A DNA stretch of 64,000 nt, from positions 7,359,973 through 7,423,972 of the forward strand of contig NW_002060946.1 in assembly GCF_000150275.1 (NCBI RefSeq), written 5' to 3'. The position numbers were made by a program, and so were the translations under genes. The DNA comes from Trichoplax adhaerens. Lineage: Eukaryota; Animalia; Placozoa. This document shows, piece after piece, positions 26,801 to 40,923 of the stretch. Positions within the stretch are counted from its first letter, which is position 1. Every line of letters starts with the position of its first letter. The notes under the pieces are model-generated. The model had not been told where the DNA came from. It ran no database searches and saw nothing but the letters and a program-made list of their open reading frames with translations.

Positions 26801-28295
26801 TAATAACACGATAAGAATAGATTACTATTAAAATAGCATTAAATTTCTACTATCTTCAAAATATGTTAGCACAAAATAGCTGGAGCATTTTATTTATCAT
26901 ATAAAGCTCAAGAACTAAGATCCTAAAAAAGTTATGGTCTGTTTTTAGAGATGTTGATGCTCACAGTATTCAGTGTTACAAGTATAGGAAATGTCATGAT
27001 TTATCGTTCTTGCAAGGAATTCAAAAGCTATCATAATTCAACAATACAACTTTATTTGAAAAATAAAAACTTTTAAACGATATATACGACGTATAATGCT
27101 ACCATACTACCTAACATCGTTGTAAACAATTTAGTTCATTCTATTATTGATCGTTTTGGGCGATTATGAATATATTTATCATTAACCAATGATATATTAT
27201 AAGATTAGCATACGCGTTTGTTAGTAATTTCTATAGAAATTAGCGAAAATGGGAATCGGAGAAAATTCAATTTTCATTTAATAATCAGGGACTTTTCCTA
27301 TTAGAAATTTGCAGTAATTGTCTCCAACATCTGGCTCTATCTAGTGTTACTTGACTACCGTTGAATGTCTTATGATCGGATAACCTTCTGTCTAGTAGAC
27401 CTACTGGAAAGATATTGGAATTCGAATTGTAACAAACCTGTCTTGTAAACTCTTTTTGATTGAATTGAACAAAAACATTGTGGCAACAGAATTTATTACT
27501 AATTTTTCATCAATTTGAGATACCGCGCACGGTAATAGCATACAAGGTTCTGGTAGAAAGGTACAATTTCTTATAACAATAACGTCAGATCTTAAAAATC
27601 GAGAACTAAGAACTAAATCTAAAATTCTTACTACACAAAGATCGTGAACACGATTCTTAAGTTTACGTCAGTTGAACTTACTAGATACAGTATACGAAAA
27701 AGAATCTCGGATTAGCGTAACCTTCAAACAGGATGAAATCAACATGGATTTCTTATTATTTTTGAGCTATATCTAATTTACTCCAGCACAAATTTTGATA
27801 ACAATAACTTATCTCACAGCCTTACTGTATAAATAAAGTAACTAATTAAAACCTGACTAATCTAAAAATATCAATATTTTACGAAATATCATTTTATAAG
27901 CTTCGTAGAGCTGGTGGAACCAACAGTAATTACATTAATTACTGATCATCTGTTAAATTTATTCCAGCGATCTTATTATCGGAACAACAGTATTTACAAA
28001 CTTATGCCACTAATGCTCTAAATGTTTCTCAAAAAAAGGATCTAAAACTAATAAAACCACTGTTAAGAATGCTTGTTATTCTGATCTATTCAACTATAGA
28101 AAAGCTAGTACCTTAAGGAACATTAAACACTAAAATTTAGCTATTACAGTTATACCCTACTCTATATTATAACAAAAATCTTTACCATCTAAAAAATATA
28201 ACAAATTGATCAATTCCTAATATTATCCAAGAATCTATTAAGTCATAAAATCTTCAGTCTCGCTTCTTTGTTGACTAATTTTTAAAGGAATGCTT

Positions 28296-29255
28296 TCAAT
28301 CAGGTATGATTTGCTGGTGTTTAAATAAAGATATCGCGGCCGCTCGAAAAGTTTTATTGTATAGCATGTATATTATCGGATTTTGAATCAATGATAGATT
28401 GAGAATGATTGCACTCATAGTTATCCAGACAGCAATGGCCGGATTTTTAATAAGTAGTTCTGTTAAATGGATTTTTAAACTGCCAAAGATTAGCAGGTTA
28501 GTAGTCATTATGGTATTATTGATCATAAAGATTAGAGTAGCTATGATCATCATTTTGGTTGCATGAATTTGACGATTAGTATGTGATGAACGATTTAAAT
28601 TCGTGGCCTGTGATTTTGCTATTAGCCTAATCTTCCGAATAACGTGATAATATAAGTATGTGACTGTAATTAAGGGCAGCGGATATGTTAATATCACTGC
28701 GAAGTAGCGAAAAATTAGGAGTGTGGTATCCGTATTACGGAATAATATTAAATCACAAGCGTAGTTATAGCTTAGATTAGCCTTTATCAAGAAAATCACA
28801 GGAATCGCTGACGTACAGCTAACAATCCAAATAGCAATAATAACCATAATTAGAAATGTAGGTTTCTGCAATGATGATTTCTTGTTATGTTCAGCCATAA
28901 TAGTAATGTAGCGGTCGATACTGATTACTGTAAATGAAAGTGCTGAAATTAAAGAGGAGCAATTATATCCGTAATAGTTCCATTGACATAAAATTGTATA
29001 ATCCGATTCAGTAAGTAATGACATCTGCAGTTGTAAAACGTTAAACATGCTGTAAAAAGCAGTAAATAACTGTCCTAAGATATCAGAAACAGCCATATTA
29101 GCAGATAAGATATATGAAGGTGTATGAAAATTCTTAGTGTTGTATATGGTCGCTAAAAGAACACAATTAGCAAATATTCCTGCTAAAGATATCGGGATGA
29201 TAGCAATATTTCCTAAATATGTCGACGAAAAATTTGGTGATCTGCTTTGATTCAT
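28296..29255 (-). CDS. Intronless rhodopsin-class GPCR
   Basis: ATG at 29255 (MNQSRSPNFSS, N-glycosylation sequons), FHTPSYILSANMAVSD, ISIDRY, YPLP, ATKMM, QNPIIY, NKTFR. Confidence 0.92.
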   Translation of the reverse strand: MNQSRSPNFSSTYLGNIAIIPISLAGIFANCVLLATIYNTKNFHTPSYILSANMAVSDILGQLFTAFYSMFNVLQLQMSLLTESDYTILCQWNYYGYNCSSLISALSFTVISIDRYITIMAEHNKKSSLQKPTFLIMVIIAIWIVSCTSAIPVIFLIKANLSYNYACDLILFRNTDTTLLIFRYFAVILTYPLPLITVTYLYYHVIRKIRLIAKSQATNLNRSSHTNRQIHATKMMIIATLIFMINNTIMTTNLLIFGSLKIHLTELLIKNPAIAVWITMSAIILNLSLIQNPIIYMLYNKTFRAAAISLFKHQQIIPD

Positions 29256-30745
29256 ATCGAATAAACTATGCACATTTAACTGCAAAGCTTTTAGGAATTA
29301 TTTACAATATTCAGGACGCAAAGTGTCTACCATTCCTGGTTATATTATTAATAGGGTCGAAGGCAGCTTCCAGTTCACTTCTACGCATGTAATAGCTGGG
29401 CTTCATCTCAATCTATTTACCGATTTAATGACTATGTGAGTCTTTGGGTAGCAATTCTCGAACTATAATTCCTAAATCTTTTTGAGCCTTTTATAATGGT
29501 TGTTTAAATATTCTTGTTTGATTGGTGAAAATTTTACCAATAAAGATAACAAGAGAATCAACTCATTGACTTATAACAACTGTTATAGCTATAATTTCAA
29601 ACAAATAACTGCCAACATTTCCCAGGAAGTTAATCACAAGCAGAGCATTGTCAAGTTTATTCAAGATATGAAGAATTGAAATCGTTTCATTAATTAAGAT
29701 TCTGAAATTAATTAGGAGCATAAAAGAATTTAGTTTACGTGATATTTGGGCAACTGTCGAAGTTTTCTATTAAGTAATTAAGCCTAATTTCCTTCGCTAT
29801 TGGCAATTTAATTTTCTACATATGGTACTCATATTTATTATACATTTTCGTGTACATATCTACATTTCATCAAACTGAAACTTAAATTTACAATCATACA
29901 AGATATTATCAGACTTACATGATAATTATTATGCGGTAAATAAATCTGCGTTGGGTATGAGTGTTCCTTTAAGCACGTTTACATATTTTACAGCGAAGTA
30001 TCTAATTCATAAATTTAAGTATAGCATATGCTAATATTTTATTAATAAAAAATTTCTTGACATCAATTTTATTTGTTTCTCAGTTATTGACGGCAGCCCA
30101 TAATGAACATTTATGAGGTTAGCGTTTTAGCAGCTAGTAATTACATACCGTTTATCTCAATAAAAGTTATTTAGAATAAGTTCACATTCAGTCGAGAATT
30201 GATTTTAGCACTATGAATATTTCTTTGGGTAAAAATATTATACGAGTATAATTTTACGCTATACATCATTTATTATACCACCTTACTCAATGGGATGTAT
30301 TCCAGCTTATAAATTGTAATTTATGTTTAATTCAATATTCCATTAGCTAACGTATTATTGTCTCAATGGAAAACTTGTGATACCTTAGCTAACGTTTATT
30401 ATACACAGTGGTAGCACGTATCTTTAGCGTGTGACAAACCCTGCTTTTCTTTACTAATGGATCAGTTAATATCGAATAAATTTTCTAATAAACTATAATT
30501 CGCGTTTGAGGATTACAAGATTAAGATGATCTCTTAGAAAAATTTAAGAAGAGGAATATCTTCTCATTTCTTGATTACGGATGTATTCAACGATCTGTAT
30601 TTGCTAGAGTATTTGTCTGGCTATCTAATAGGATGCTTTAATACATACCAAAACGTGCATTTTCCTATCTACTAACGTAATATAATACTATCATATTGCA
30701 TTTAAACAATCAAGAAATTTGTGAAAAATAAATCACAAATCAGTA

Positions 30746-31735
30746 TTAAGGTCTCTTGCAAATCCGTAAGAAATGTTGACGAAAGCTACGATTGTAAACG
30801 AAAAATAGAAGAGGGTTTTGGAAAGATGTCGATGTTACGAGTATATTTATTGTCATAAGGAAGGCTATAACAAGTGAATTTCTAGAGGCTACCTCCAGGA
30901 TTGGTATATTTGATGTGCCAAGCAATAAAGATAGAATATAAAATGGTAGCGTACATAACATGTATATTATGGTAGCCAGGATCATCATTTTGGTAGCTCG
31001 GATTTGAGGATGATGATTTGACTCGCCTTGTGCATTAGTATGCTGAAGCATCGTTGAAGAATTTATTCGTTTAATGACATGATAGTAACAATATATTGCA
31101 ATTACTAATGGAATAGGAAATGATATTATGTTATGAATATATAGAGCAATTGCAGCTGCTTGAGAAACATTATTAATATTTTAGAAACTGCATAAGAAGT
31201 AAATTTCTTTACTAGATTGAATCATAGAAATAACAGGAATACTAAAGCAAAGTCCAATGATCCAAAAGACAGCTATAGTCGCAGATAATATTTTTACTTT
31301 TTGAAATGGCGAGCCCGAACTTTTCTTTCCAGTAATTGTCAAATGTCTATCAATACTTATGGTCCTAAATGATAAAGAGGATATTGTAAGTGATGCTACA
31401 AAGCCGTATAAATTTCCTTGACAAATAATTTGGAAGCTAGATAAATTAAAACTAGCATTTCTTAATTGAATCGCATTAAATATGGTGTAAATAAATGCGA
31501 AAATTAAGATCATGATATCTGAGATTGCCATATTTACCGATAAAATATACGACGGTGTATGAAACTTCTTTGTTCTATAGATAGGAATAATCAATTGAAT
31601 ATTGATGATAATTCCAAATATATGAATCGAGCCTAAAATAGCGGGAGTAACTACCGATCCAGTGATTAATTGCGTTAGATTTAAAGGGAGCCTTGTAGCA
31701 GTGTTGTTAACTTGCACTAAATTTTTATCCGCCAT
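30746..31735 (-). pseudogene. Full-length GPCR paralog interrupted by one in-frame TAA (31183-31181)
   Basis: ORFs 31181-31735 and 30746-31051 are in the same frame. The 43 codons between them encode TM5 (IHNIISFPIPLVIAIYCYY). DRY is changed to DRH. Confidence 0.85.
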
Positions 31736-34700
31736 TCTGCAATTTGTGAAAATATTCCAAGTTTGAGTTTATTTTTGGGTGCTTACTTTAATGCAGTTTG
31801 CAATTAAAAATGCTACGGTACACGAAACATTATATGCATTTAAATTATGTTCTCGTTCTCTTGCAACGTTTTTAAATACAACTAGAGTTTAAGTTAAAGA
31901 TTTGAAGCCAATTACCGCCATAATAACTTAATTGAGATTGTTTACACTTAGAACACCTGCCATTTTTAAATTTAATTATAGGTATCACAATATCAAATTT
32001 AATGACATTATGATGCTTTAAATTTGAAAAAATTAAAAATAATTAACTGCTATCGATATGATATTTATTATACAGCATAAGCTATGTTGAAGTAATAGGA
32101 TATTTTTTATTCAAATATTGTTCAGTGGAGTGAAATCAATTAATGTCACGACAGTAATAATTAAAAGTCCTTAGGCATTGTAATCTCATAGATTATATTT
32201 ATTGGGAGTAAATGGTCCATATCTTTAATATTATAAAAATAACATTTCTACCATATCTGATATTCATGAAATTAACGGTATTTTTATGTTTTATTGCATT
32301 TAGATATTTAAGTAATTCTAGTATTTTTTAATTCTATAAAATACTTCTTATTTAAAATTAAGACAAGTCATGATTATTCAGGAATTGGATATTGGTTGAA
32401 TGTATTCATTGTAATCGGGATAAATTTTTTTGTCAAAAAGATTGTGTAGGTGAATGGACTGAAGTTTAAATTAACATAGATTAAGCATATTATGCTCTAT
32501 GTGATCGGAATGCTATATGCTACGGTAATAGATCGAATAAAATTCAGTATTACAGATATCAGCATTTTTAAGAGCTTTGATCTAGATTACAGTTTACCTA
32601 TTACGATTACCTATCCTAAGGGCGTAGAAAAAGTACTATAGATATTAGCTAGTAGTACTGCTTGGAAATTTTAATTCAAATCAATTCATTAATATAGTTA
32701 TTTAATTCTGTACTTCCGTTTCGTGATCTTAAATGATGATATCATTATTATTAGTTGCCAATACATTTTGTTTAAGATAAATTTACTAGTCTTGATCAAA
32801 CACTTGCTAAAGGCATAGTTTGTCTAAAGTTTTCTACAGACTTTTTGCGGCACCTTTAAATGAAAGAGAAGCGAACAACAAAGTTCAGTTACAGAAAGTA
32901 AATCTGAATTTAGATATTCTAGATGCTCTTTCTATTTATATCTAGTGAATTTTGCTCTTGGTAGTTGATATTTAGTGAAATTTAGTAATACTGTACTAAT
33001 GTAATTTGATTCAACATGAGACCTGAAAGTAAAAAGCATTAGCAGATGGGGCTTATTTAAATTATTTGATGACTATAGCTCTTTATGTCAGCCTTTAATT
33101 AGCTATCTATTTACATGCATTCCTTCATTCTGAAAACGAATATTGCTGACTCAAGAAAGTCTTTATTTCAAATACGTTACTGAGGAAATTTGCATGTAAA
33201 CATAGAAATAAGCCATAAAAGCTGTTCTGTTTTGCTATATCTTAATATTCATGGTTAGCAAAATATAACGAGATAACGTCGTTACTTTGCAATCATGTTC
33301 AGGATATAAAGCATTCATGTAATTGTGGTTAATAATAGAATCTCTAGTTTACAGAGCGGGAAGTTTTTGGGACTTTCATATTTCCCTTTTCATTTACTAA
33401 TTAACGACATTACTCCAGAAAATGTGAACTTAATGTAGTGCTGTAGTTATCAGTAACTAATATTTATATGGATTTTCTAAGAAGGAACTCATTTTTCAAT
33501 AAAATTAGGGCTCAGTTTTATCTGTGAGAGACTAGTAGTATTATGGTAGTCGTGATTTTGTTATGCGTTGTTATATATTGTACTGGCATACTAGTACCTT
33601 AGATATTCTGTAACTCGTGTACTATCTACGGTACGTCTTAAATTGGCTCTGGCTTATAAAACTGAAATGCTATTGTGCTAAATAATGCTAATATGTTGAT
33701 ATTGGTTATATATTATACGCATGGTCAATGCATATATATTCTGTAACAACTGACGTTATGGAGGTTTTCATTCAATCTAATTCTCGAGTAAGGAAGAGCT
33801 TGTCTTAGTCAGTCATCAGGCTGCAATTTAAATCACTGATTATATCCGAAGATATATATAGTGTTGTAGGAAAACTAGATTACGTTAAGCCCCGGGTAAA
33901 TAAGATAGTAGATTGGCGGAGTTAGAGGCACTCTATTAGGTGTTATAAGCCGAGCAGATTATTAGTGGATAGTGCTAGGGATGTTAGTCGTACAGTTAAG
34001 TGGGACTGCATGGTGCCTCGATAAGCAGCACCAGCACGTTTCAGTAAATCACCTATGATTGGCCCAAGGTAATGGATGACGATCATACGTAGCTTGGGGT
34101 CTTGCATTCGCAAGAACCATATTAAAAATCAACTAGAATAAGGAGTAGCATACGTTAAGGGCTAAAATTCCCTTGTGTGACTAGATACTGTAGGATTGGA
34201 AATAGCACTGATCATAAGTATGCAGTCGAATAACGTCTGAATACCCATTAGTAAAATATAGGTAATTTTAATGTTTGAGCATCATCGCACGTTGATTAAT
34301 AATGTATCGTGAACTGCCGCTCTAATATAATAGGAGTACCAATAATTCCCAACGGCAGACGATTAGTAAACCAAATTTCAACAACTGCTCTCCTTGCCGA
34401 TAGGTGATCATCCACAGTTAGAGTGGTATTATAGCTAGATGTCGGAAAGACAAATCAGACAGTAGACTCGTAGTATTAGCTTCTATAGCGAGACATTCGA
34501 TTTGTTGCCTTTGCTCAAGTAAATTTTTAAGTTTTTAATAATTGACCTAGTTAAATTTGTTTACTGGCTCTTAAAATTTTTACATAGTAGTATTTTCTCC
34601 ACCGTAATGTTAAAATTTAATAGCATCAAACAGCTTAGTAACAAAACCTGTTCTACTGACTGTAATAAAAGTGTAAATCACAGAAGTAATTTTATAATAA

Positions 34701-35636
34701 CAGATTTATTACTAATTCTCGATTCAGATATTAATAGAATAACAACCTCTGATAGACAAGGAAAACTTCCTATAACAGCAGATCTTAAAAAGAAGGGCTA
34801 AAAACAACAATGACAGAAAAGCGTAGCTGCTTAAATACGTTTTCTAACTTGTTTACACATAACAACACAAGCTTATTGTTTAAAATCTATCTTATCAAGG
34901 AAGATAATCGAACGCATTCGCTGTGGAGGTCTTACTAGGTAATTTAGTAAACAAGGAATTAATGAAAAGGGCTTGAATAGTTAGCGACTTCTGTTAGAGT
35001 TTACTTGTTATTGTTACGAAAATATTCTTCCCTGACGCACTTAAGATAATTGATCCTATCATTATCGGTGATTTTTTAGTGAAATGTATAGTGACATCAG
35101 GTCATCAAAAGCAAAAAAAGTCAGGATTCTTTTTGTTCATATAGTCGACCAAGAAAACCCTTGCAGATCACCCAAAAATAATGCTTCTGAATTTCGTATA
35201 AGCTATCTTTTCTGTTTTAATTGTTACGATATAGAAAAAGCATTGTTTGCTTTTCCTACAATATACTTAGAATAATACGAAGCGTTTATCTCCAAAGGGT
35301 TAAAGTATAAATAAGACTGTTTAGAAATTATTGTCGTAAAGGCTTATTAAATTTTCAACAACCATAACTGGTAATTTGAAAACATGTCGATTGTATTAAA
35401 GAATTCACTATTAACTGTACTACCGTAAAGTGATGAAACATATTCTATATTCAGATAATTTTTAATCGCAGATTAGCCAAATTAGAGAGTGTTAATTGTA
35501 ATTTCGAAGATAATTTAAATTTATTGCCAATAGTATGTTACAATAAATTTATTTAAAAGTTGAATGTTATTAGTAATGATCGAATTTCAATATTTCTTGC
35601 TCTAGATTTAAGTTATACTAGCTTTATTTCGGAAAC

Positions 35637-36913
35637 ATGGATTTCAGAATCAGATTGCTGATAGTAGCGTGTGCCTTATTTATGATAAGTGCGAGTGTAA
35701 GCGCCGATAAAGATATCTCTGAGTTAATAGAAGAGGAAGAAAGCAATGCAAAAGAATTTGAACCAGAAGAAGATCGAGGTGATGATGTTCAATTTTTGAT
35801 GGATCGAGAAACTTTTGATTCTGAGATAAAAAGTGCAGAAGATAAGGTCAGAGAAGTCTTCGATACTTTGTGTCCATAATAAAATGCATCTGCTAGTAAC
35901 GTGTTGCTAAGGGTTTAAGATTATTTTGTGACGACCTTAGCTTATGATAGACTTTTTCCTTTTATTATATTGCTTATATATTCGTCGTTTTTGATTTGCA
36001 ATGCATTTTAGCTATCCTTATAATCTTAATATTTATCTTTTAATAAATCCTAATACGTCTTTTGTTATTTTACATCTACACCATTAATAATATTTGTAAA
36101 TGGTTTATGCGTAGAAATTGTGGGGTCGGCGTCGTCGCCGTCGACTACGACTATCTGGTATTGCACCTGAAGGGAAATCACAGGTAAGTTTTCAGTTTTA
36201 AATTTGCAAAATTACTTTGTCCTATGTTGGGATATAATCATTTTTTTATCTACTATATTAAGTTTTGGGGACGTCGTCGCCGTAGACGACCGAATCGCCC
36301 TAGTCCTGGTAAATCTATGGTAAGCTACAAAATTATTTCCAGATCTTATTAAGATTTAAATTATAATTATCATGAACCTATAGACGAAAATGTCACCTAG
36401 ATGTAGAAAATAAGAAATTGTTATTTTTATATGTTCATATTGGAATACATGCGGAGTTTGTAATTCAAAGTCTCTACTGGACAATTAATAGCTAAATTGT
36501 AGCTTAGTCATCGTCTATTCTTAACTTTAACTTGAATCTGAGCTTCTCTTATCAATTAGCTATTTATTATTTTAAAAACTTTGTTCGTTATCAACCGTTA
36601 ATTACACCTCAACGTTTATTTTGATAATTTACAAGCTTTACTGTTTGAACTCATTATCTTTAAATTAGCTCATCCCAAGAAAGTGTATTGTAGTATTTAA
36701 AAGATGTTATAGTAACAAAACATTCTATATCGATAATGCTTAATAACGAACTTTAGCTCATGCTTCCACATACTGAGACGTCGAAATGTATATTTGAGTG
36801 GTAAAGTAATCTAGATACTTACCACATTAAACATGTGATGTATTTGCTCTAGTAGAGGTAAATCTTGATTTAACTGATACTTAATTTTGCGTTTAATTAT
36901 ATAGGAATGGTAA
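35637..36913 (+). CDS. Secreted acidic-propiece / Trp-Arg-rich peptide precursor, gene A (2 modules)
   Basis: Exon 35637-35846 (signal + acidic pro, ends ..AEDK|gt); 36115-36183 KLWGRRRRRRLRLSGIAPEGKSQ; 36263-36319 FWGRRRRRRPNRPSPGKSM; probable terminal exon 36905-36913 (EW*), less certain. All junctions are phase 0 GT-AG. Confidence 0.8.
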
Positions 36914-39900
36914 ATAATCTATGTTTTGAGAAGACAGAATCCGCCATTTTGATTCTTTTAGTTAGAAAATTTGTCTTGTTGAGTTTATGCGAAGAGTAAA
37001 CACTAGGTTTTCTTCATGGAAAAATATCCTTAGTAACCGACGGTCTGCCATTACGAAGATGATTAGTATAGAGTTTTCCTAATCGTTATATTTTGCGTGT
37101 TAATTGTACTTTGGACAATAAAATATTATGTCTATCTGAAGAGGTTAAGAGAATGATTCGTTTTTATGATCACTTCGTGATTAATTAAGAAATTGTTTCA
37201 AAAATATTATTTCCGAGATAAATGAGTTTCAGTAGCAATTAAATATCATACATTAATTTACTCTAACATTAATTGTGATTTTCGATATACTTCAAAGGAA
37301 ACAAAATAATAGGCTTTTGTCTATTGATAAAGTTTATGAACATATGTTGTAGAATGTTTCTAAGTTTTACCAGATCTTTCTAAGACAGTGTTGAAAAGAA
37401 ATGACATGAAGGCAAATAGTAAATATCGCACTTGATGCAATATCTTTAAACTTAATTTAACATCTTCCAAAGAAAAATTTCAGTCGCCTAAAGAAATCAT
37501 ATCACAGAAATAACTAAAAATTTCGTCGTGTCACAACTACAATTGTGATAGGATAACTTTCTAAATATGAAAGTATAGTTAGCTCTAACTTGGTTGCTAC
37601 TAAGTGCCTTCAGTCACATTGACCTAATTAAACTAACTTAGTCAGCTAAGTACTTATGAAACGCTTCACTCTAAGTAAAAACCTTTAATAAATAAGCACT
37701 TTCACTACAGTTTCATCGATTGTACATATTCCTCCTTTTAGATATTTAATTATGAAGCTCTTTATACCTTTAGCAAGGTTAGCACGTACACAAGTGATAT
37801 TCAAAACATGTACAAATTATACATTCTCTATAGTAACTTTAAGTCTAATATAGATTTATATGAGATTCAATCCTATTAATTCATTTTACTCGCTATTTAG
37901 TTGGACAATTAACCACTAGCTATACTTCCTCGCAACAATGTACGAAAAAAATTAATTTAAAGATACCACTCCAAGTTCCCATTAATAATACAATTTAAAA
38001 CTAATCTCTATTACTACAACAGTTTCTGAAATTAGCAATCGAATCATATTTCCAAGAACAGTTTTGCGAGCGCAATTACACTATTTTATTAATTAAGAAT
38101 ATTCTAGCGAACATTAATGATTTTATTTTATCTTTATGTTATCTATACTTTAGCAAGCTGTTAGTAGTGAAGTAAGTTGGCCAGCTTATTTATTCGCTTC
38201 GGATATGGGTAGACCTGATTGACAGCGTAAAAATTCTAATGCGATATAATAGTAACCTATACTAATAATCTATTCTAATAGTTACTGTAGTTTGTAGACA
38301 TTAGTGGTGTAGTGTCATTTTTAGTTTTCGGGCAAGTTTAGATTTTTTGTCCTATATCTGTTACTGGTACAATATATTGTAAGAAAAATTAGTTTTTAAC
38401 TCATAATCATTTTGTCACTGATTGTTGCATAAGTTGTGAATTTTACTATAATAATTTTGATGATATGATTATAATTATAGCTAGATATTCTTTATAGTAA
38501 ACAGAACCTAACTTATATGATAAAGTGAAGTTTACGTACTAGAAACCTTAATTCAGTTTATTATTTCGAAAATACTTTATCACAAATATAATTTGTGCTA
38601 TATCATATTTCCTTAATTTAAATAATAAGCTAAGAGTGACTTTAGACTTTCGTCATTTTATATTTAATACGACTAGTTTATGACCAATTAAGACGTAGCT
38701 TATCTGGCTCTTACTAAAACTAAACAAAGTAGAAGAAAGAAAAACATTCATTTACTTTAGATTTTTCCTTGGGGCTAGTAATTAATGATGTTTACTAAAC
38801 TGTAACACGAATGAATGAAGCTCGCAATCCAATAAAACTATTGTTAAGATGTGACCTTTCAGCTCAAAAGATAATGTGGATGCAAATCAATGTATAAAAT
38901 CATTAACAAAAAAATTTGTTTAGCAATCTCGGACGCCGTTGAATTATTGAAAATAATAGGAAACATAGCATGTATGTATCAAACTTTCATTGGAATATAA
39001 CAATGCTTCCTGCTTTAAATATAATTACAAATGATAATGTCTTAGATTCTGTCGTCAAGCATATAAACTGTTCCCTGGAGTCATATTAATGACTTTGTTA
39101 TAATAACGGAAGCTTGTTGTTAATTTTATTAGGTCATTGATGACTTTTTAATTTTGTAATTATATTTTAATCAGAGACTGTAGTTGATTATACCTGATTT
39201 TTTATGAATTATCATGCATTTAAAAGTCAATATGCAAAGCAATTTTAAATCATTGAGTATAATTGGCCTATATCAGCAACGTGTCTAAACCGAACTATAA
39301 TATTTGAACAAACATATTACGGTATATAGAAGTTTATCCGACTGGTTTATAAGAATAGCTGCCGATAACGTACGATTACTGCAGTACTAATTTAATGGGA
39401 CGCCTGAAGATAATAGAGTTTTCCGTCTGAAATTTATTGTCCCTTTAAGGGATGAACCTAGTTATTATAATTAATAAGGAATACGATAATTACATGTCAG
39501 TATGAAAAGACATAGTTAGAAAAAAGTTTCCTGAAGATTACTTTTCGATTTTGAAATGTACTGCATATAAAACCATGCAAATATCAGACAGTCAAAAACT
39601 ATTAGCTGCGTTTCTAGTAATCATATTATAAAAATAGATTGCAAATTAGAGATGAAGAAGGCATATAAAATCAGTGTTTTAATAGCATAAAGTTTTAAGA
39701 ATCTTTGAATTTATTCAAATTGCGGTTAAATGATAATAACAACAAAAGAAGATTTGTTTTATTATCCCTTCATTGTCCCCTTAAGGATTCAAGTTTTATA
39801 GCTATAGAAGACCGAAACTTTTTCTTGACTTGTTAATAATAACAAATTGTAATATCGGGATACTAAGGCTCGCTTATTTATTACACTAATGTACTTTTAG

Positions 39901-40408
39901 TGCTAACCATGATTACTAACATTATTTTGTTAATTAGCAGATCCACATATTTACTGCAAAGACTGACACAAAGTGATTGTATAGCTTATTTATAAACATA
40001 GATCCTACATCAGCGGTGTTTGTTAGTGATTACAATAAAACGTTCGTATGATGCAAAATCTACAATATGTGAACTACTAGTCGACTGATTCAACAAGAGT
40101 TCACTAATTGTCTTTGATATTTTTATTGCATTCATGACTTACGTTTTTAGTTTAATTGGGCATAGTCTAGGATATTGTGCGTGTAGTAAAACCATAGAAT
40201 TTATGATTTATAGTTATCATCACGTTTCGTTTAATATCTGAAGTATAATAAGGTTTAAGATTGGCGTCAAGATTGCTGCCAGAAATATTACTCTACTCGT
40301 TTTTTCAGTTGATTGAATTATCAGTGGTACTTTGATATGTAATGCTGCGGTTATTATCAATGAATTATTTATTGCAACTTAATGGATTAAATTGTTAGAG
40401 GCCATAAC

Positions 40409-40916
40409 TGACGTCAGAGAAGTTCATACTGCCCGCGGATATTTGATTATTATTGATTTAGACAAAACATAATTAGTAATGATCAAGGACTGCCCCGTTT
40501 TGTTTCATTTTAACTGTCAAGTTTATTGATGTGCAACACCTTTATTCATCTAAGTTCTAATGAATACTAAATGTCAGGTTCCATTGAGTTACAAAGAGTC
40601 CATTAAGGTTCTATTATAATCAGAACATTGCCGGTAGTTAGTTTTTCTCTCGCATTAGACCTTAGAAGCGCAGGTATATAAAGTTTAGCCCATTCACCGT
40701 TCATATTTTCCTGCAGTGATTAAAAAGGACAAGGTAAATTTTAATCAACAAGTGGCTATACTAGATAAATTAGTTATAATTTCCGTAATTTTTTTATAAC
40801 ATATTTAACCCTAAAATTTAAATGAAGTAAACGATAATGTTTTAATTCTTGCCGATGCAGTACTTAGATCATGACTAAATAATAATATCAAGAAAACTAT
40901 TTCTGTACTGGTTTAG
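40409..40916 (+). promoter_or_regulatory. Gene B promoter and 5'UTR: CRE TGACGTCA (40409-40416), TATATAAA (40675-40682), probable 5'UTR intron 40734-40916
   Basis: The TATA box and the donor aag|gtaaat are conserved in all three copies (TATA at 49290 and 63719). The acceptor tttag lies 7 nt before the ATG. Confidence 0.6.
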
Positions 40917-40923
40917 GTTTTCG

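Noticed and set aside
33358-33378. NF-kB-like sites (GGGAAGTTTT, GGGACTTTCA) upstream of gene A
   Set aside because: Imperfect matches more than 2 kb from the gene; expected by chance.
24765-34870. Possible further LTR fragments starting TGTTAC (24765) and TGTTGTAGG (33862)
   Set aside because: I could not find matching termini with a target-site duplication.
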